Below the pieces are notes generated by a model. That model was given only the letters and a program-made list of their open reading frames with translations, was not told the DNA's origin and did no database searches. Position numbers and translations under genes: made by a program. This document shows positions 48,727 through 58,418 of a DNA stretch of 64,000 nt, piece by piece. This DNA is from a bacterium (GTDB taxonomy: Bacteria; Bacillota_I; Bacilli_A; RF39; UBA660): assembly GCA_030525085.1 (NCBI GenBank), contig JAUNFK010000002.1, positions 123-64,122 on the forward strand. The letters run 5' to 3'. Position 1 is the stretch's first letter; each line of letters starts with the position of its first letter.

Positions 48727-50073
48727 TTATTTTTCTTCATTTTTCTTGATGTAGTTTCTGAAGTTTGACATGTCTCTTTCAAAGAGTAGCTCAATAGTTC
48801 CTGTGCTACCATTACGATGTTTTCCTAAAATTAGTTCTGTAACAGATACGTTTGACTGTTCTGCTGCTGATTTATTGTAGTAGTCATCACGGTATAGGAA
48901 TGCGACTATATCGGCATCTTGCTCGATTGAACCAGATTCTCTTAAGTCACTCATGATTGGTCTTTTATTTTCACGAAGTTCTACAGAACGTGATAACTGA
49001 GCTAGAGCAATTACTGGTATTTTTAGTTCCATTGCCATTGTTTTTAGGGAACGAGAGATTTCAGATACTTCTTGTTGACGGTTTCCTTCGTATTTTGCTC
49101 CACCTTGAATTAGCTGTAAGTAGTCGATTACGACCATTGCTAGGCCTGGTTCTTTGGTTGCAAGTCTTCTACATTTTGCTCTTATTTCAGATACAGTCAT
49201 ACCTGATGAGTCTTCGATGTAAAGATGCGTATCTCCTAATTCACTCATGGCTTCATTAACTTTACGCCAGTCATTATGTTCTAGGCGTCCTGTTCTAAGT
49301 TTATTAAGTTCGATGCCACCAGCAGAAGCGATCATACGCATTGCTAACTGTTCAGCGTTCATTTCCATGTTGAATATGGCAACGCTTTTTTTAGTATTTA
49401 TGGCAGCGTTTACGGCTAAGTTTAAACCAAAGGCAGTTTTACCCATTGCTGGACGAGCTGCTAGGATAATAAGTTCGTTTGGATGGAAACCACTAGTCAT
49501 TTTATCTAAATCATAAAAGCCAGATGGTACACCAGTTATATCGGTTTTATTTTTAGCTAGGCGTTCTAGTTCTTCTTGGGTTGAACGTATAACTTCACCA
49601 ATTGATTTAAATTCTCCTGCTTTACGAGCTTTAGTAACACTGAAGATTCTTTTTTCAGCGTCATCTATAATGTCGTTTGTGTCTGATTCTTCATTGTAAG
49701 CATTAGTTGTAATGTTTGTTGTTACGTCAATTAGTTTTCTTCTTAAGGCTTTATCTCTAACAATATCAATGTAATAATCTACATTTGCTGCAGTTATTAC
49801 CGAATCAATTACATCACTTAAATACTCAATGCCACCAATAATATTGATAGAGCCTTTTTTTTCAATTTCATTTTTTACAGTAGCTGAATCTAATGGAATT
49901 TTGTTTTGATGAAGTTCATATATGGCTTCAAATATTCTTTTGTTTGCTTCACTTAAAAACATATCTGAAGAAAGCTCTTCACATACTTTTTCTAAGGCGT
50001 AGGTTGTTAAAAAGGCACAACCTAAAACATTCATTTCAGCTTCTAAGTTTTGTGGGAGTTTTCTTTCAGCCAT
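48727..50073 (-). CDS. dnaB: replicative DNA helicase
   Basis: LPQNLEAEMNVLGCAFL N-terminus, Walker A GARPAMGKTAF and the RecA-like C-terminus. Confidence 0.9.
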   Translation of the reverse strand: MAERKLPQNLEAEMNVLGCAFLTTYALEKVCEELSSDMFLSEANKRIFEAIYELHQNKIPLDSATVKNEIEKKGSINIIGGIEYLSDVIDSVITAANVDYYIDIVRDKALRRKLIDVTTNITTNAYNEESDTNDIIDDAEKRIFSVTKARKAGEFKSIGEVIRSTQEELERLAKNKTDITGVPSGFYDLDKMTSGFHPNELIILAARPAMGKTAFGLNLAVNAAINTKKSVAIFNMEMNAEQLAMRMIASAGGIELNKLRTGRLEHNDWRKVNEAMSELGDTHLYIEDSSGMTVSEIRAKCRRLATKEPGLAMVVIDYLQLIQGGAKYEGNRQQEVSEISRSLKTMAMELKIPVIALAQLSRSVELRENKRPIMSDLRESGSIEQDADIVAFLYRDDYYNKSAAEQSNVSVTELILGKHRNGSTGTIELLFERDMSNFRNYIKKNEEK

Positions 50074-50075
50074 TA

Positions 50076-50519
50076 TTACACCTCTTTTACTTCAATTTTT
50101 GCTACGGCAATTACTTTTTTGTGAAGTTCGATGTCAACGTTGTGAACTCCTAGAGTATCAACTGGAACAAGTGGTTTAATCATTTTCTTATCAATGTTAA
50201 AGCCTTTTTTATTTATTTCTTCAGCAATCTGTTTCGTTGAAATGCAACCAAACATTTTTCCTTCTTTGCCAGTTTTTACTTTGAATGTGAATGACATACT
50301 TTCGATTTTCTTTTTGATTTCTTCACATTCTTTTATTTTTTCTTCTTCGTTTTTGTTTCTTGTATCTATTTCTTTTTTAAGACGCTCGCTACTTCCGTCA
50401 GTGTATTTGATAGCTAAACCATTTTTAATTAAGAAGTTTTGTGCATAGCCATCACTAACGTTTATTATGTCGTCTTTTTTCCCTTGTTTCTTTACGTCTT
50501 TTAATAATATAACTTTCAT
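50076..50519 (-). CDS. rplI: 50S ribosomal protein L9
   Basis: [30 protein letters not shown]. Confidence 0.9.
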   Translation of the reverse strand: MKVILLKDVKKQGKKDDIINVSDGYAQNFLIKNGLAIKYTDGSSERLKKEIDTRNKNEEEKIKECEEIKKKIESMSFTFKVKTGKEGKMFGCISTKQIAEEINKKGFNIDKKMIKPLVPVDTLGVHNVDIELHKKVIAVAKIEVKEV

Positions 50520-50589
50520 AGAACCTCCTTAACTACAAAGTATTATATCAAATATATGCAAAAAAAGATATATTTTGGGTTTTATCTAA

Positions 50590-50615
50590 AAATAAAAACG
50601 CATATTACTATGCGC
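50590..50615 (-). terminator. intrinsic terminator between rpsR and rplI
   Basis: Minus-strand CGCATAGTAATATGCG followed by TTTTTATTTTT. Confidence 0.55.
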
Positions 50616-50630
50616 TATTTTGTTTATTAA

Positions 50631-50846
50631 TTATTTTACAAATGGGATTAAAGCCATAAAACGAGCTCTTTTAATTTGCATTGCAATATATCTTTGATGT
50701 TTAGCACATGCTCCAGTCATTCTTCTTGGCATGATTTTGCCTTTTTCATTGATATATTTATTAATAATAGCTACGTCTTTATAATCTACGCTTTTGCCAG
50801 CACACATTTGACAAATTTTCTTTTTCTTACGATAAAATTCAGCCAT
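50631..50846 (-). CDS. rpsR: 30S ribosomal protein S18
   Basis: Full-length match to the S18 pattern ([11 protein letters not shown]...RRMTG). Confidence 0.9.
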   Translation of the reverse strand: MAEFYRKKKKICQMCAGKSVDYKDVAIINKYINEKGKIMPRRMTGACAKHQRYIAMQIKRARFMALIPFVK

Positions 50847-50861
50847 TTTAATTCTTCCTTT

Positions 50862-51323
50862 CTAAAATGGTAAATCGTCATCTGTTAAAACTACTTCTGA
50901 ACCAAAGTTTTTAAATGGATCTTCAGTTACGTCTGTTGTTTCGATTGGACTTTGATTTACATTATTGTTAATAGGTGCCTCAGTAAATGAAGCACTGCCG
51001 GTATTATTTTTGCTTCCTAAGAATGTTACGTTATCTGCTACTACTTCAGTAACGTATCTTTTTTGACCATCTTGGCCATCATAACTTCTAGTTTGAATAC
51101 GTCCAGTAACTCCAACAAGAGAACCTTGAGTACAGTATTTGCAAACATTTTCTGCTTGTTTACGCCATACAACAACAGTTATAAAATCTGCTTCTCTTTC
51201 TCCACTTGCACTAGTAAATGGGCGATTTACTGCAACAGTGATAGTGGTTGTAACTTGACCGTTAGCAATAGTTCTTAATTCTGGAGTTCTAGTTATTCTT
51301 CCTACTAAAGTAACATTGTTCAT
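50862..51323 (-). CDS. ssb: single-stranded DNA-binding protein
   Basis: OB fold MNNVTLVGRITRTPELR and an acidic DDDLPF tail. Confidence 0.9.
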   Translation of the reverse strand: MNNVTLVGRITRTPELRTIANGQVTTTITVAVNRPFTSASGEREADFITVVVWRKQAENVCKYCTQGSLVGVTGRIQTRSYDGQDGQKRYVTEVVADNVTFLGSKNNTGSASFTEAPINNNVNQSPIETTDVTEDPFKNFGSEVVLTDDDLPF

Positions 51324-51325
51324 TT

Positions 51326-51616
51326 TTACTCCTCGTCTAATTTAATAATTAGGTGTCTAATAATATTTTCATTGATTCTAGCTTTACGATTTAATTCGTT
51401 GATAATATCGTTATTAGCTTCGAAATTAAATACATAGTAGAAACCACTAACTTCTTTATTAATAGGATAAGCAAGTTCTCTTTGTCCCATTTCTTTAGTG
51501 TTAGTAATTTTGCCGTTCATACTTGTAATGATATCAGAAAATTCTTTTACAGTATTTTTAACAGCAGCTTCTTCTAAAGTTGTTTTAACAATGAACATCA
51601 TTTCGTAATTTTTCAT
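51326..51616 (-). CDS. rpsF: 30S ribosomal protein S6
   Basis: MKNYEMMFIV start preceded by AGAAGGAGGTAAAT. The ORF-track upstream extension has no RBS. Confidence 0.9.
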   Translation of the reverse strand: MKNYEMMFIVKTTLEEAAVKNTVKEFSDIITSMNGKITNTKEMGQRELAYPINKEVSGFYYVFNFEANNDIINELNRKARINENIIRHLIIKLDEE

Positions 51617-51681
51617 ATTTACCTCCTTCTGGTCTATTGGCTTATATTTATATATAAGCAAGGAGCTTTCGCTCAAGTGGT

Positions 51682-51710
51682 ATTATAGCATACTCCTTAA
51701 GTATATGCAA
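51682..51710 (-). promoter_or_regulatory. sigma-A promoter of the rpsF-ssb-rpsR operon
   Basis: Minus strand: TTGCAT (+ coordinates 51705-51710), a 17-nt spacer, then TATAAT (+ 51682-51687). Confidence 0.55.
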
Positions 51711-51727
51711 ACAAAAAAAGTAGATAA

Positions 51728-53560
51728 CTACTTTTCTGTTATGAAGAATCTTTGATACCATGTTAGGAATGCGTAAATGGTGTAAATCTGTTTTCCATAT
51801 ACAGCTCCGTTATAGTGATCATCTAAAAGTTTATTGATTGCTTCGTTGTCGAAGAATTCTTTTGAGAAGTCGGTATTAAATAAGTCTTTTACTTTATTAT
51901 AGTATTTTTCTTCTCTTATCCATTTACCGAAAGGTACTGGGAAACCTTTTTTCTTACGTTTTGCCCATTCTTCTGGAATTTTTTCGTCAGCTATTCTTCT
52001 AAAAATATATTTAGTTTCGCCATCTTTAACCATATATTTTGTTGGTATTTTTTTTGAAAGTTTCCAAACTTCTTTATCTAGGAATGGAACTCTTAATTCA
52101 ACAGAGTTTGCCATACTCATTTTATCTGCTTTAAGTAGGATATCATTTGGAAGCCAGAAGTTTAAGTCAATATACATTTTTCTTTGAACGTCATCTTTGC
52201 CTTTTACTTCGTTATAGTAAGGTGCACATAAGTCAAACGGAGATAGATTTGTTTTGTATTTTGGCATAAGAATTTTTTGAGCATCTTCACTTAAGAACAT
52301 TTCTGTTTTATTATAATATCTTTTTTCTAGAGGCTTACTATATTTTTCGATAGTATGTTTTCCTTTGAAATATGGAAGTTTATCTGATACTGCACCTATT
52401 CCTTTTCTTAAGAATAGTGGCACTTTGTTATAGAATTTTTCTAGGCCTTCTAGGTTATATTCGTTGTAGCCGCCAAACATTTCATCTGCGCCTTCACCTG
52501 AAAGAACTACTTTAACTTGTTTTCTTGCAAGCTGGCTTAAAAAGTATAGTGGCACGGCTGATACGTTTGCGCTTGGTTCATCTAAATGATATTCGACTGT
52601 TGGCAAAATATCAAAGAATTCATCAGCACTTATTACTTTTGAGTAATGCTTTATTTTGAAGTGGTCTGATAAGTCCTTTGCATATTCAATTTCAGAAAAG
52701 CCTTTACCGTCAAAACCTACTGTAAATGTTTTATTTGGTTTTGCTTCAGCTACAACGTATGAAGAGTCAACTCCACCGCTTAAATATGAACCTACTTCAA
52801 CATCACTTATTTGGTGGTATTTAATTGAACTTTCAATTGTTTCTTTTAATACTTTTTCGTATTCTTCAAATGGTTTGTCTTCTTTATCATAAGCTAATTT
52901 AAAATATTCTTTTATTTCTAATTTGTTATTTTGGTAAATAAAGAAATGGCCTGGTCTTAGTTTGTATGTATATTTGAAGAAAGTTTCTTCCATATGATTT
53001 GTTCCATAAGATAAATACATACTTAAAACTTTATCATTTAGTTCTTTTTTGAAGTCTGGGTGTGATAGGAATGATTTTATTTCTGAGGCAAACATGAATA
53101 AGCCTTTATTTTTGTAATAATAAAATGGTTTAATTCCGAAGATGTCTCTTGCACCAATTATTTTTTCTTTTTTAATATCATAGATGATGATTCCATACAT
53201 TCCACGTAGTTTATTAAAGACTTCTGTGTCCCATTCTTCATATCCATGAACGATTACCTCTGTGTCAGTATTTGTTTTAAAAATATGTCCTTTGTTAATT
53301 AATTCTTCACGGAGACTTTGGTAGTTATAGATTTCTCCGTTAAAGGTAATTGCAATGGTATTATCTTCGTTATAAATTGGCTGACTGCCGCCTTTTAAGT
53401 CAATTATTGATAGTCTTCTAAAGCCTAGAGCAACGTTCTCATCAACGTAATATCCGTCACTATCTGGCCCACGGTGAATGATTCTATCAGCCATATTTTT
53501 TATTATTTTTTCTTTTTCTTTTTTTGATTTCTTATCCTTAAATCCACAAAATCCGCACAT
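51728..53560 (-). CDS. asnB: asparagine synthase (glutamine-hydrolysing)
   Basis: MCGFCGF Ntn-amidotransferase start and the PP-loop SGGVDSS. Confidence 0.85.
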   Translation of the reverse strand: MCGFCGFKDKKSKKEKEKIIKNMADRIIHRGPDSDGYYVDENVALGFRRLSIIDLKGGSQPIYNEDNTIAITFNGEIYNYQSLREELINKGHIFKTNTDTEVIVHGYEEWDTEVFNKLRGMYGIIIYDIKKEKIIGARDIFGIKPFYYYKNKGLFMFASEIKSFLSHPDFKKELNDKVLSMYLSYGTNHMEETFFKYTYKLRPGHFFIYQNNKLEIKEYFKLAYDKEDKPFEEYEKVLKETIESSIKYHQISDVEVGSYLSGGVDSSYVVAEAKPNKTFTVGFDGKGFSEIEYAKDLSDHFKIKHYSKVISADEFFDILPTVEYHLDEPSANVSAVPLYFLSQLARKQVKVVLSGEGADEMFGGYNEYNLEGLEKFYNKVPLFLRKGIGAVSDKLPYFKGKHTIEKYSKPLEKRYYNKTEMFLSEDAQKILMPKYKTNLSPFDLCAPYYNEVKGKDDVQRKMYIDLNFWLPNDILLKADKMSMANSVELRVPFLDKEVWKLSKKIPTKYMVKDGETKYIFRRIADEKIPEEWAKRKKKGFPVPFGKWIREEKYYNKVKDLFNTDFSKEFFDNEAINKLLDDHYNGAVYGKQIYTIYAFLTWYQRFFITEK

Positions 53561-53569
53561 TTTTCCTCC

Positions 53570-54667
53570 TTATACGTTGAATCTGAAGTAGCAAATGTCA
53601 CCGTCTTGCATTAAATAGTCTTTACCTTCTAAGCGCATTTTACCAGCTTCTTTTACTTTTAATTCGCTTCCATATGTTTTAAGATCGTCAAATGACATTA
53701 CTTCGGCTTTAATAAAGCCTCTTTCAAAGTCACTATGAATAATTCCAGCACATTCTGGAGCTTTCATGCCCTTTTTAAATGTCCATGCTCTACATTCGTC
53801 TTTTCCTGACGTAAAGAATGTTTGTAAGCCAAGTAAATCATATGTTGCATATATTAGTTTATCTAAACCAGATGATGTAATACCCATTTCTTTTAGGAAT
53901 TCTTTTTTGTCATCTTCGTTTAGCTCTGCTAGTTCACTTTCCATTTTAGCACATACTACGATTACACTAGCATCTTCTTTTGATGCGTACTCGCTTACTA
54001 AATCTGTGTATTTGTTATGACCTACAATGGCGTCATCTTCGTTAACGTTTGTCATATATATAATTGGTTTTAGTGTGATAAAACAAAAGGCTTTTAATGA
54101 TGCTTTTTCTTCTTTTGTTAAGTCTAGTCTTCTAAGAGGTATATTTTGAAGTAGAGCCTCTTCACACTTTTTTAATGTTTGAAATTCTAAAAGTTCTGCT
54201 TTATCTTTTGTCATTTCGCACTTTTTAGCAATTTTACTTATTCTATTTTGAACAATTTCTAAATCTGAGATTATTAATTCTACATTTATTATTTCGATGT
54301 CTCTAATTGGATCAACATTTCCTTCAACGTGAATGATATCACCATTTTCAAAGCATCTTACTACTTCAACGATAGCATCTACTTCTCTAATATGACTTAA
54401 GAATTTATTACCTAATCCTTCACCATTAGATGCACCTTTTACTAGTCCCGCAATGTCAGTAAATTCATATGTTGTTGGTATTGTTCTTTCTGGCATGTAT
54501 AAATTTTCTAGGTATGCTAGTCTTTCATCTGGTACTGTTACTACACCAACATTTGGGTCGATTGTTGCAAATGGGTAGTTAGCTGCTAGTATATTCTTTT
54601 TTGTTATGGCATTAAATAAGGTGCTTTTTCCTACATTTGGTAGACCTACTATTCCTGCTTTTAACAT
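53570..54667 (-). CDS. ychF: redox-regulated ATPase YchF (Obg family)
   Basis: MLKAGIVGLPNVGKSTLFNAIT and a C-terminal TGS domain. Confidence 0.9.
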   Translation of the reverse strand: MLKAGIVGLPNVGKSTLFNAITKKNILAANYPFATIDPNVGVVTVPDERLAYLENLYMPERTIPTTYEFTDIAGLVKGASNGEGLGNKFLSHIREVDAIVEVVRCFENGDIIHVEGNVDPIRDIEIINVELIISDLEIVQNRISKIAKKCEMTKDKAELLEFQTLKKCEEALLQNIPLRRLDLTKEEKASLKAFCFITLKPIIYMTNVNEDDAIVGHNKYTDLVSEYASKEDASVIVVCAKMESELAELNEDDKKEFLKEMGITSSGLDKLIYATYDLLGLQTFFTSGKDECRAWTFKKGMKAPECAGIIHSDFERGFIKAEVMSFDDLKTYGSELKVKEAGKMRLEGKDYLMQDGDICYFRFNV

Positions 54668-54685
54668 GTTATCATCTCTTTCTAA

Positions 54686-55687
54686 TTATTTTCCTTTTTG
54701 ATAGGCGATTATTTCTTTTTTGACTTTTTCTAAATCTGGCTTTACGCCTCTTTTATATAACACTTGTACAATGTCCATTCCTGGGCCTCTGTTTCCTTCA
54801 ATAATAAGTGGTCCATCTTTGCTAATAGCGACATCCCAGCCTATGATGTTAACATTATCATTAACTTTTGCTGCCTTATTAACCATTTTTTTGATGTCTT
54901 TCCAGTATGGTATTTTGTACCCGTTTACTTTAATGTGAGTGTCATTAGTGTATTCTGAAGTATTTCCTTCTTTATCAATTGCTTCACCTTCAAGAATGCC
55001 TTTAGCTGTATTTATTTTAACACCTACTCCTCCTTGATGAAAGTTGTCAGCAATAGTTTTGCCTGCACCAATTCTAGCAACAGCAAAAAGAATTTCACTT
55101 TGACCGCCAATACACTTGGTTACAATTCTTAGTGTGTTTATACTTTTGGGATTTAGTTTGCCCCATTCATCATCTTGAATAACTAATTCTTCAATTAAGC
55201 AGTTTTCTTCTTTTAATTTTTCGTAGAATGTTTTTAAATCTTTAATGTCTTTTGCATTTATTTTTTCAACGTCTTTGCCGCCTAAACCACTGATTGGCTT
55301 ACGAACAAATTCTTTATGCGAACTAATAAATTCTTTTACTTTAGAAAAACCGTCATCGTATGAAACAAATTTTCTTTTAGTAAATTCACTAAAATTTTTG
55401 TGAAAGTTTACTTTGTTTGAGAAGAATGGTGCGTATTTGACATTGGCTGCTAATTCATAAAAATTATTTTGGTAACCAATTGTTGCATATTCTTTTCTTT
55501 CTTTAAATGATTTGTTATAAAATTCGTAATTTAAATAGTCTTGAAGGCCTGATTTAAAAATAAGCGCTGAAACAGCTGTATCTATAAACATTAAATTTGC
55601 ACTTTTACCAGTTTTTTTGGAAATTTTTTTTAGATTTTGGTAATGTCTTTTGTAGTTTCCTTTAAGTGCGAACTGAATAAATCCCAT
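54686..55687 (-). CDS. ATP-grasp domain protein (sugar-transfer-associated ATP-grasp type)
   Basis: C-terminal ILFAVARIGAGKTIADNFHQGGVGVKIN...IIGWDVAISKDGPLIIEGNRGPGMD resembles the ATPgrasp_ST family. Start trimmed to MGFIQ. Confidence 0.45.
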   Translation of the reverse strand: MGFIQFALKGNYKRHYQNLKKISKKTGKSANLMFIDTAVSALIFKSGLQDYLNYEFYNKSFKERKEYATIGYQNNFYELAANVKYAPFFSNKVNFHKNFSEFTKRKFVSYDDGFSKVKEFISSHKEFVRKPISGLGGKDVEKINAKDIKDLKTFYEKLKEENCLIEELVIQDDEWGKLNPKSINTLRIVTKCIGGQSEILFAVARIGAGKTIADNFHQGGVGVKINTAKGILEGEAIDKEGNTSEYTNDTHIKVNGYKIPYWKDIKKMVNKAAKVNDNVNIIGWDVAISKDGPLIIEGNRGPGMDIVQVLYKRGVKPDLEKVKKEIIAYQKGK

Positions 55688-55715
55688 GGTATCACCTACA
55701 ACCAAGTATAACAAA

Positions 55716-55745
55716 AAAAAGACTTCTTTAAAAGTCTTTATTCTG
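55716..55745 (-). terminator. intrinsic terminator overlapping the htrA stop
   Basis: Minus-strand AAGACTTTTAAAGAAGTCTT followed by TTTTTTTT. Confidence 0.55.
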
Positions 55746-56844
55746 CGGTTTGACTTAAGGTTATCGTTTTTGTTTCGGTTTTTGTTCCTCTTATATATGT
55801 TAGTTCTACTTTGTCGCCAACATTATATTTATATAAGTAATATTTTAAGAATGAAGAACTTTTAATATCATAGTCTCCGAATTTTGTGATAACGTCACCT
55901 TTTTCTAATCCTGCTTTATCAGCTGGAGAGCCTTTTTGAACATATCCAACAACTGCACCTTCAGTGATATTTTTACTTAGTGAGATACCATATTCTCTAA
56001 TAAGTGCATCTGTATTAGAAACATCTAAAGTACCAACTCCTAGTACTGGACGCTCGATTTTTCCACCTTTAATTAGTGTTTCTGCTATTTTCGTAGCATC
56101 TTCGATTGGAATAGCAAATCCCATGCCTTCTACTCCACTACTAACTAGTTTCATGTTTGTGATACCAATAACCTCACCGTTTGCATTTGCGATTGGACCA
56201 CCTGAGTTACCACTATTGATTGCAGCGTCAGTTTGCATTACATTCATTACCCATGAAGATACGCTAGAGTTACTAGCATTTACTTCTACAAGTCTATCTT
56301 TACCACTGATGATACCTCTTGCAACTGTCCATGAGTATTCTGATGCAAGTGGGGTACCTATTACAAATGCGGTATCTCCTAAACGAGTACTTTCTGTGCT
56401 ACCTATTTCAGCTACTTTTATTATTTTATCTTTATCTATTGATAGAACACCAATATCTGAGTATTCATCACTGCCAACTACTTTAACTGTTTCTGTTGTG
56501 TTATTTGTGAATTTTACTTTTACTTCTGTTGCTCCAGAGATAACATGGTTGTTTGTTAAGATGTATGCATTATCTCCTTCGGTTTTATATACAAAACCAC
56601 TACCACTACTTACTAGTGTACCTTTTTGATAAGATTCTACAACTACTACGGCATCATATAGTTTTTCTACAGCGTCAGCAATACCAGAGTCAGTTACTGT
56701 AACTTCTTTTTCTAATTTATTTACTACAGTCTGACTTAATGGTTTATAGTATTTTATTCCGTAGTACATACCTACGCTTCCTAGTCCTAGAGCTACTAAA
56801 AATATAACAACATATACAAGAATTTTACTTTTATCCTTTTTCAT
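55738..56844 (-). CDS. htrA: HtrA/DegP family serine protease with PDZ domain
   Basis: N-terminal TM and a trypsin-like triad region (TNNHVISGA...GNSGGP), followed by PDZ. Confidence 0.85.
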   Translation of the reverse strand: MKKDKSKILVYVVIFLVALGLGSVGMYYGIKYYKPLSQTVVNKLEKEVTVTDSGIADAVEKLYDAVVVVESYQKGTLVSSGSGFVYKTEGDNAYILTNNHVISGATEVKVKFTNNTTETVKVVGSDEYSDIGVLSIDKDKIIKVAEIGSTESTRLGDTAFVIGTPLASEYSWTVARGIISGKDRLVEVNASNSSVSSWVMNVMQTDAAINSGNSGGPIANANGEVIGITNMKLVSSGVEGMGFAIPIEDATKIAETLIKGGKIERPVLGVGTLDVSNTDALIREYGISLSKNITEGAVVGYVQKGSPADKAGLEKGDVITKFGDYDIKSSSFLKYYLYKYNVGDKVELTYIRGTKTETKTITLSQTAE

Positions 56845-56852
56845 TTTTCCTC

Positions 56853-57782
56853 CTATAAATCTAATATATCTCTAAAATTTCTTGGAAATCCCATAGTATC
56901 AAGGACTTTCCCAATGTTTATAACTTTAAGTTTTCCACAAAGAACGTCTATTTCATAGCTTAATTCGTTAATAAGTAAGCGAAATTCTTCTGGTCTTAAA
57001 AGTTGTTTTAAAATAATGATTAAAGCAAAAAGGTCATCTTTACCATAGATGTATTCACCATCGGTAGTTGGTATTTCTAGACCGTCATGATATTTTGTGT
57101 CTCCGATTATTTTTTGAGTTCGGTGATCATATAAAATATCTTCATGAGCGCATAGATTACGATAATTAGATAGGATTGGTAGATATGTCAGAAGACTATT
57201 AACTGATAAGTCATAGATGCTGGCAATTTCTTCTTGGTCTTCCCTTTTCATAACTGTGTATAGTTCACCAACTATTCCAAATGATAAAACTTTTACAACT
57301 ACCCATAGAGGAACGTATCCATAGTTTTTTAGGTAATGGCTTGTTGCAGAATGCTGGGAGCCATTTACTCTTATTTGGCGTTTCATCTTTTTTAGAGTAT
57401 CATTTAGTTGTCTTTGTTTTTCAGGTACTTTTGTAAAGTTTTCTTGTCTCAAATAATCTTTTTCCCTAAAACCATATTTTTTAGATAGTTGATAAGAAAT
57501 AATACTTTTTAGGTTGTTTTCTATTATCAGTAAATTCTTGAAAAATATGTTTCTTATTTGCCTATCAAAATTGAATAGTGAATATAATTCTCTAAAGGTA
57601 GTGCCTTTGATAAAATTACGATCTTTTGGGCTTTTTAGGAATAAATGACGATAGCCACTAATGAAGAAATAATTCTCACGAATAAGAATATCTTCTGTGG
57701 AAAGATAGTCGTCAATAATAAGACCTTTGTTTTCAAGGATACTTATTTGTTCTTGAATTGTTTTAAAGACTTTCATCTTCAT
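56853..57782 (-). CDS. Abi (abortive infection) family protein, Abi_2/AbiD-AbiF type
   Basis: N-terminal IQEQISILENKGLIIDDYLSTEDILIRENYFFISGYRHLF matches the Abi_2 family N-terminus. 309 aa. Confidence 0.65.
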   Translation of the reverse strand: MKMKVFKTIQEQISILENKGLIIDDYLSTEDILIRENYFFISGYRHLFLKSPKDRNFIKGTTFRELYSLFNFDRQIRNIFFKNLLIIENNLKSIISYQLSKKYGFREKDYLRQENFTKVPEKQRQLNDTLKKMKRQIRVNGSQHSATSHYLKNYGYVPLWVVVKVLSFGIVGELYTVMKREDQEEIASIYDLSVNSLLTYLPILSNYRNLCAHEDILYDHRTQKIIGDTKYHDGLEIPTTDGEYIYGKDDLFALIIILKQLLRPEEFRLLINELSYEIDVLCGKLKVINIGKVLDTMGFPRNFRDILDL

Positions 57783-57856
57783 AGTCTCACCTATTATTGA
57801 ATTATATCACACATTCCGGATAAATCATATAATTATATTATGAAAATTTTATGAAT

Positions 57857-58405
57857 TTACGCATAAAAATAATTTATCAGAGCTTCGGTTATTTTTGCCG
57901 AAAGTTTTTTTATATAGTTTTCATTTAATAAATTGGTTCTGTCAAAGTAGTTAGATAAAAAGCCACATTCTATTAATACGCCTGTTGGATTTAATTTATC
58001 ATACATGTATTTTCCAGTCATTTTTTTAGATTTGCGATTCGTTTTTGTAAATTCGTTTAGTTCTTTTTGAAGTTGCTCTGCTAGGGTTTTGTTATTATGA
58101 TTATTAGTTACATAGAATACTTGAGCTCCACGATATTTTGTACTCGAAAAAATATTTTGATGAATAGACAAGTATATATCTGGATTAGTGTTATTGATGA
58201 TTTCGATTCTTTTGTCGAAGTCACTTTTTTTACGTCTTTTAGCATTTTCATCGCTTAAATCTTTATCACTATTTCGAGTTAAAATAACATTAGCTCCTTT
58301 TTCTTCTAGGGCGTTTTTTAGTGCGAAAGCTATATTTAGATTGATATCTTTTTCTTTGACGCCTTCTATTTCTGCACCACCATCCTTACCACCGTGTGCA
58401 GCATA
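57857..58405 (-). CDS. cwlD: germination-specific N-acetylmuramoyl-L-alanine amidase CwlD, C-terminal segment of a split gene
   Basis: The frame is open from the in-frame TAA at about 58410: RYAAHGGKDGGAEIEGVKEKDINLNIAFALKNALEEKGANVILTRNSDKDL...RRKKSDFDKRIEIINNTNPDIYLSIHQNIF...YRGAQVFYV...GVLIECGFLSNYFD. This is an Amidase_3 catalytic domain starting mid-way through the D-x-G-H-G-G motif. No start codon. The ORF-track MSIHQ 'start' is TTG inside this frame. Confidence 0.8.
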   Translation of the reverse strand, partial: YAAHGGKDGGAEIEGVKEKDINLNIAFALKNALEEKGANVILTRNSDKDLSDENAKRRKKSDFDKRIEIINNTNPDIYLSIHQNIFSSTKYRGAQVFYVTNNHNNKTLAEQLQKELNEFTKTNRKSKKMTGKYMYDKLNPTGVLIECGFLSNYFDRTNLLNENYIKKLSAKITEALINYFYA

Positions 58406-58418
58406 CCTTTATGCACAG

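Noticed and set aside
55964-56629. 221-aa + strand ORF antisense to htrA. Similar long shadow ORFs lie at 31043-31438, 19634-20035, 40478-40807, 58807-59130 and 62838-63062.
   Set aside because: These lie entirely inside well-supported minus-strand genes. Their composition (Ser/Leu/Ile/Phe-rich) is typical of antisense frames of AT-rich coding sequence.
58172-58405. Apparent 'MSIHQ' TTG start of the 104-aa ORF and the spurious + strand ORF 58188-58469
   Set aside because: The minus-strand frame stays open upstream through Amidase_3 sequence to about 58409. The 104-aa ORF is only the tail of the cwlD C-terminal segment, and the + strand ORF is its shadow.
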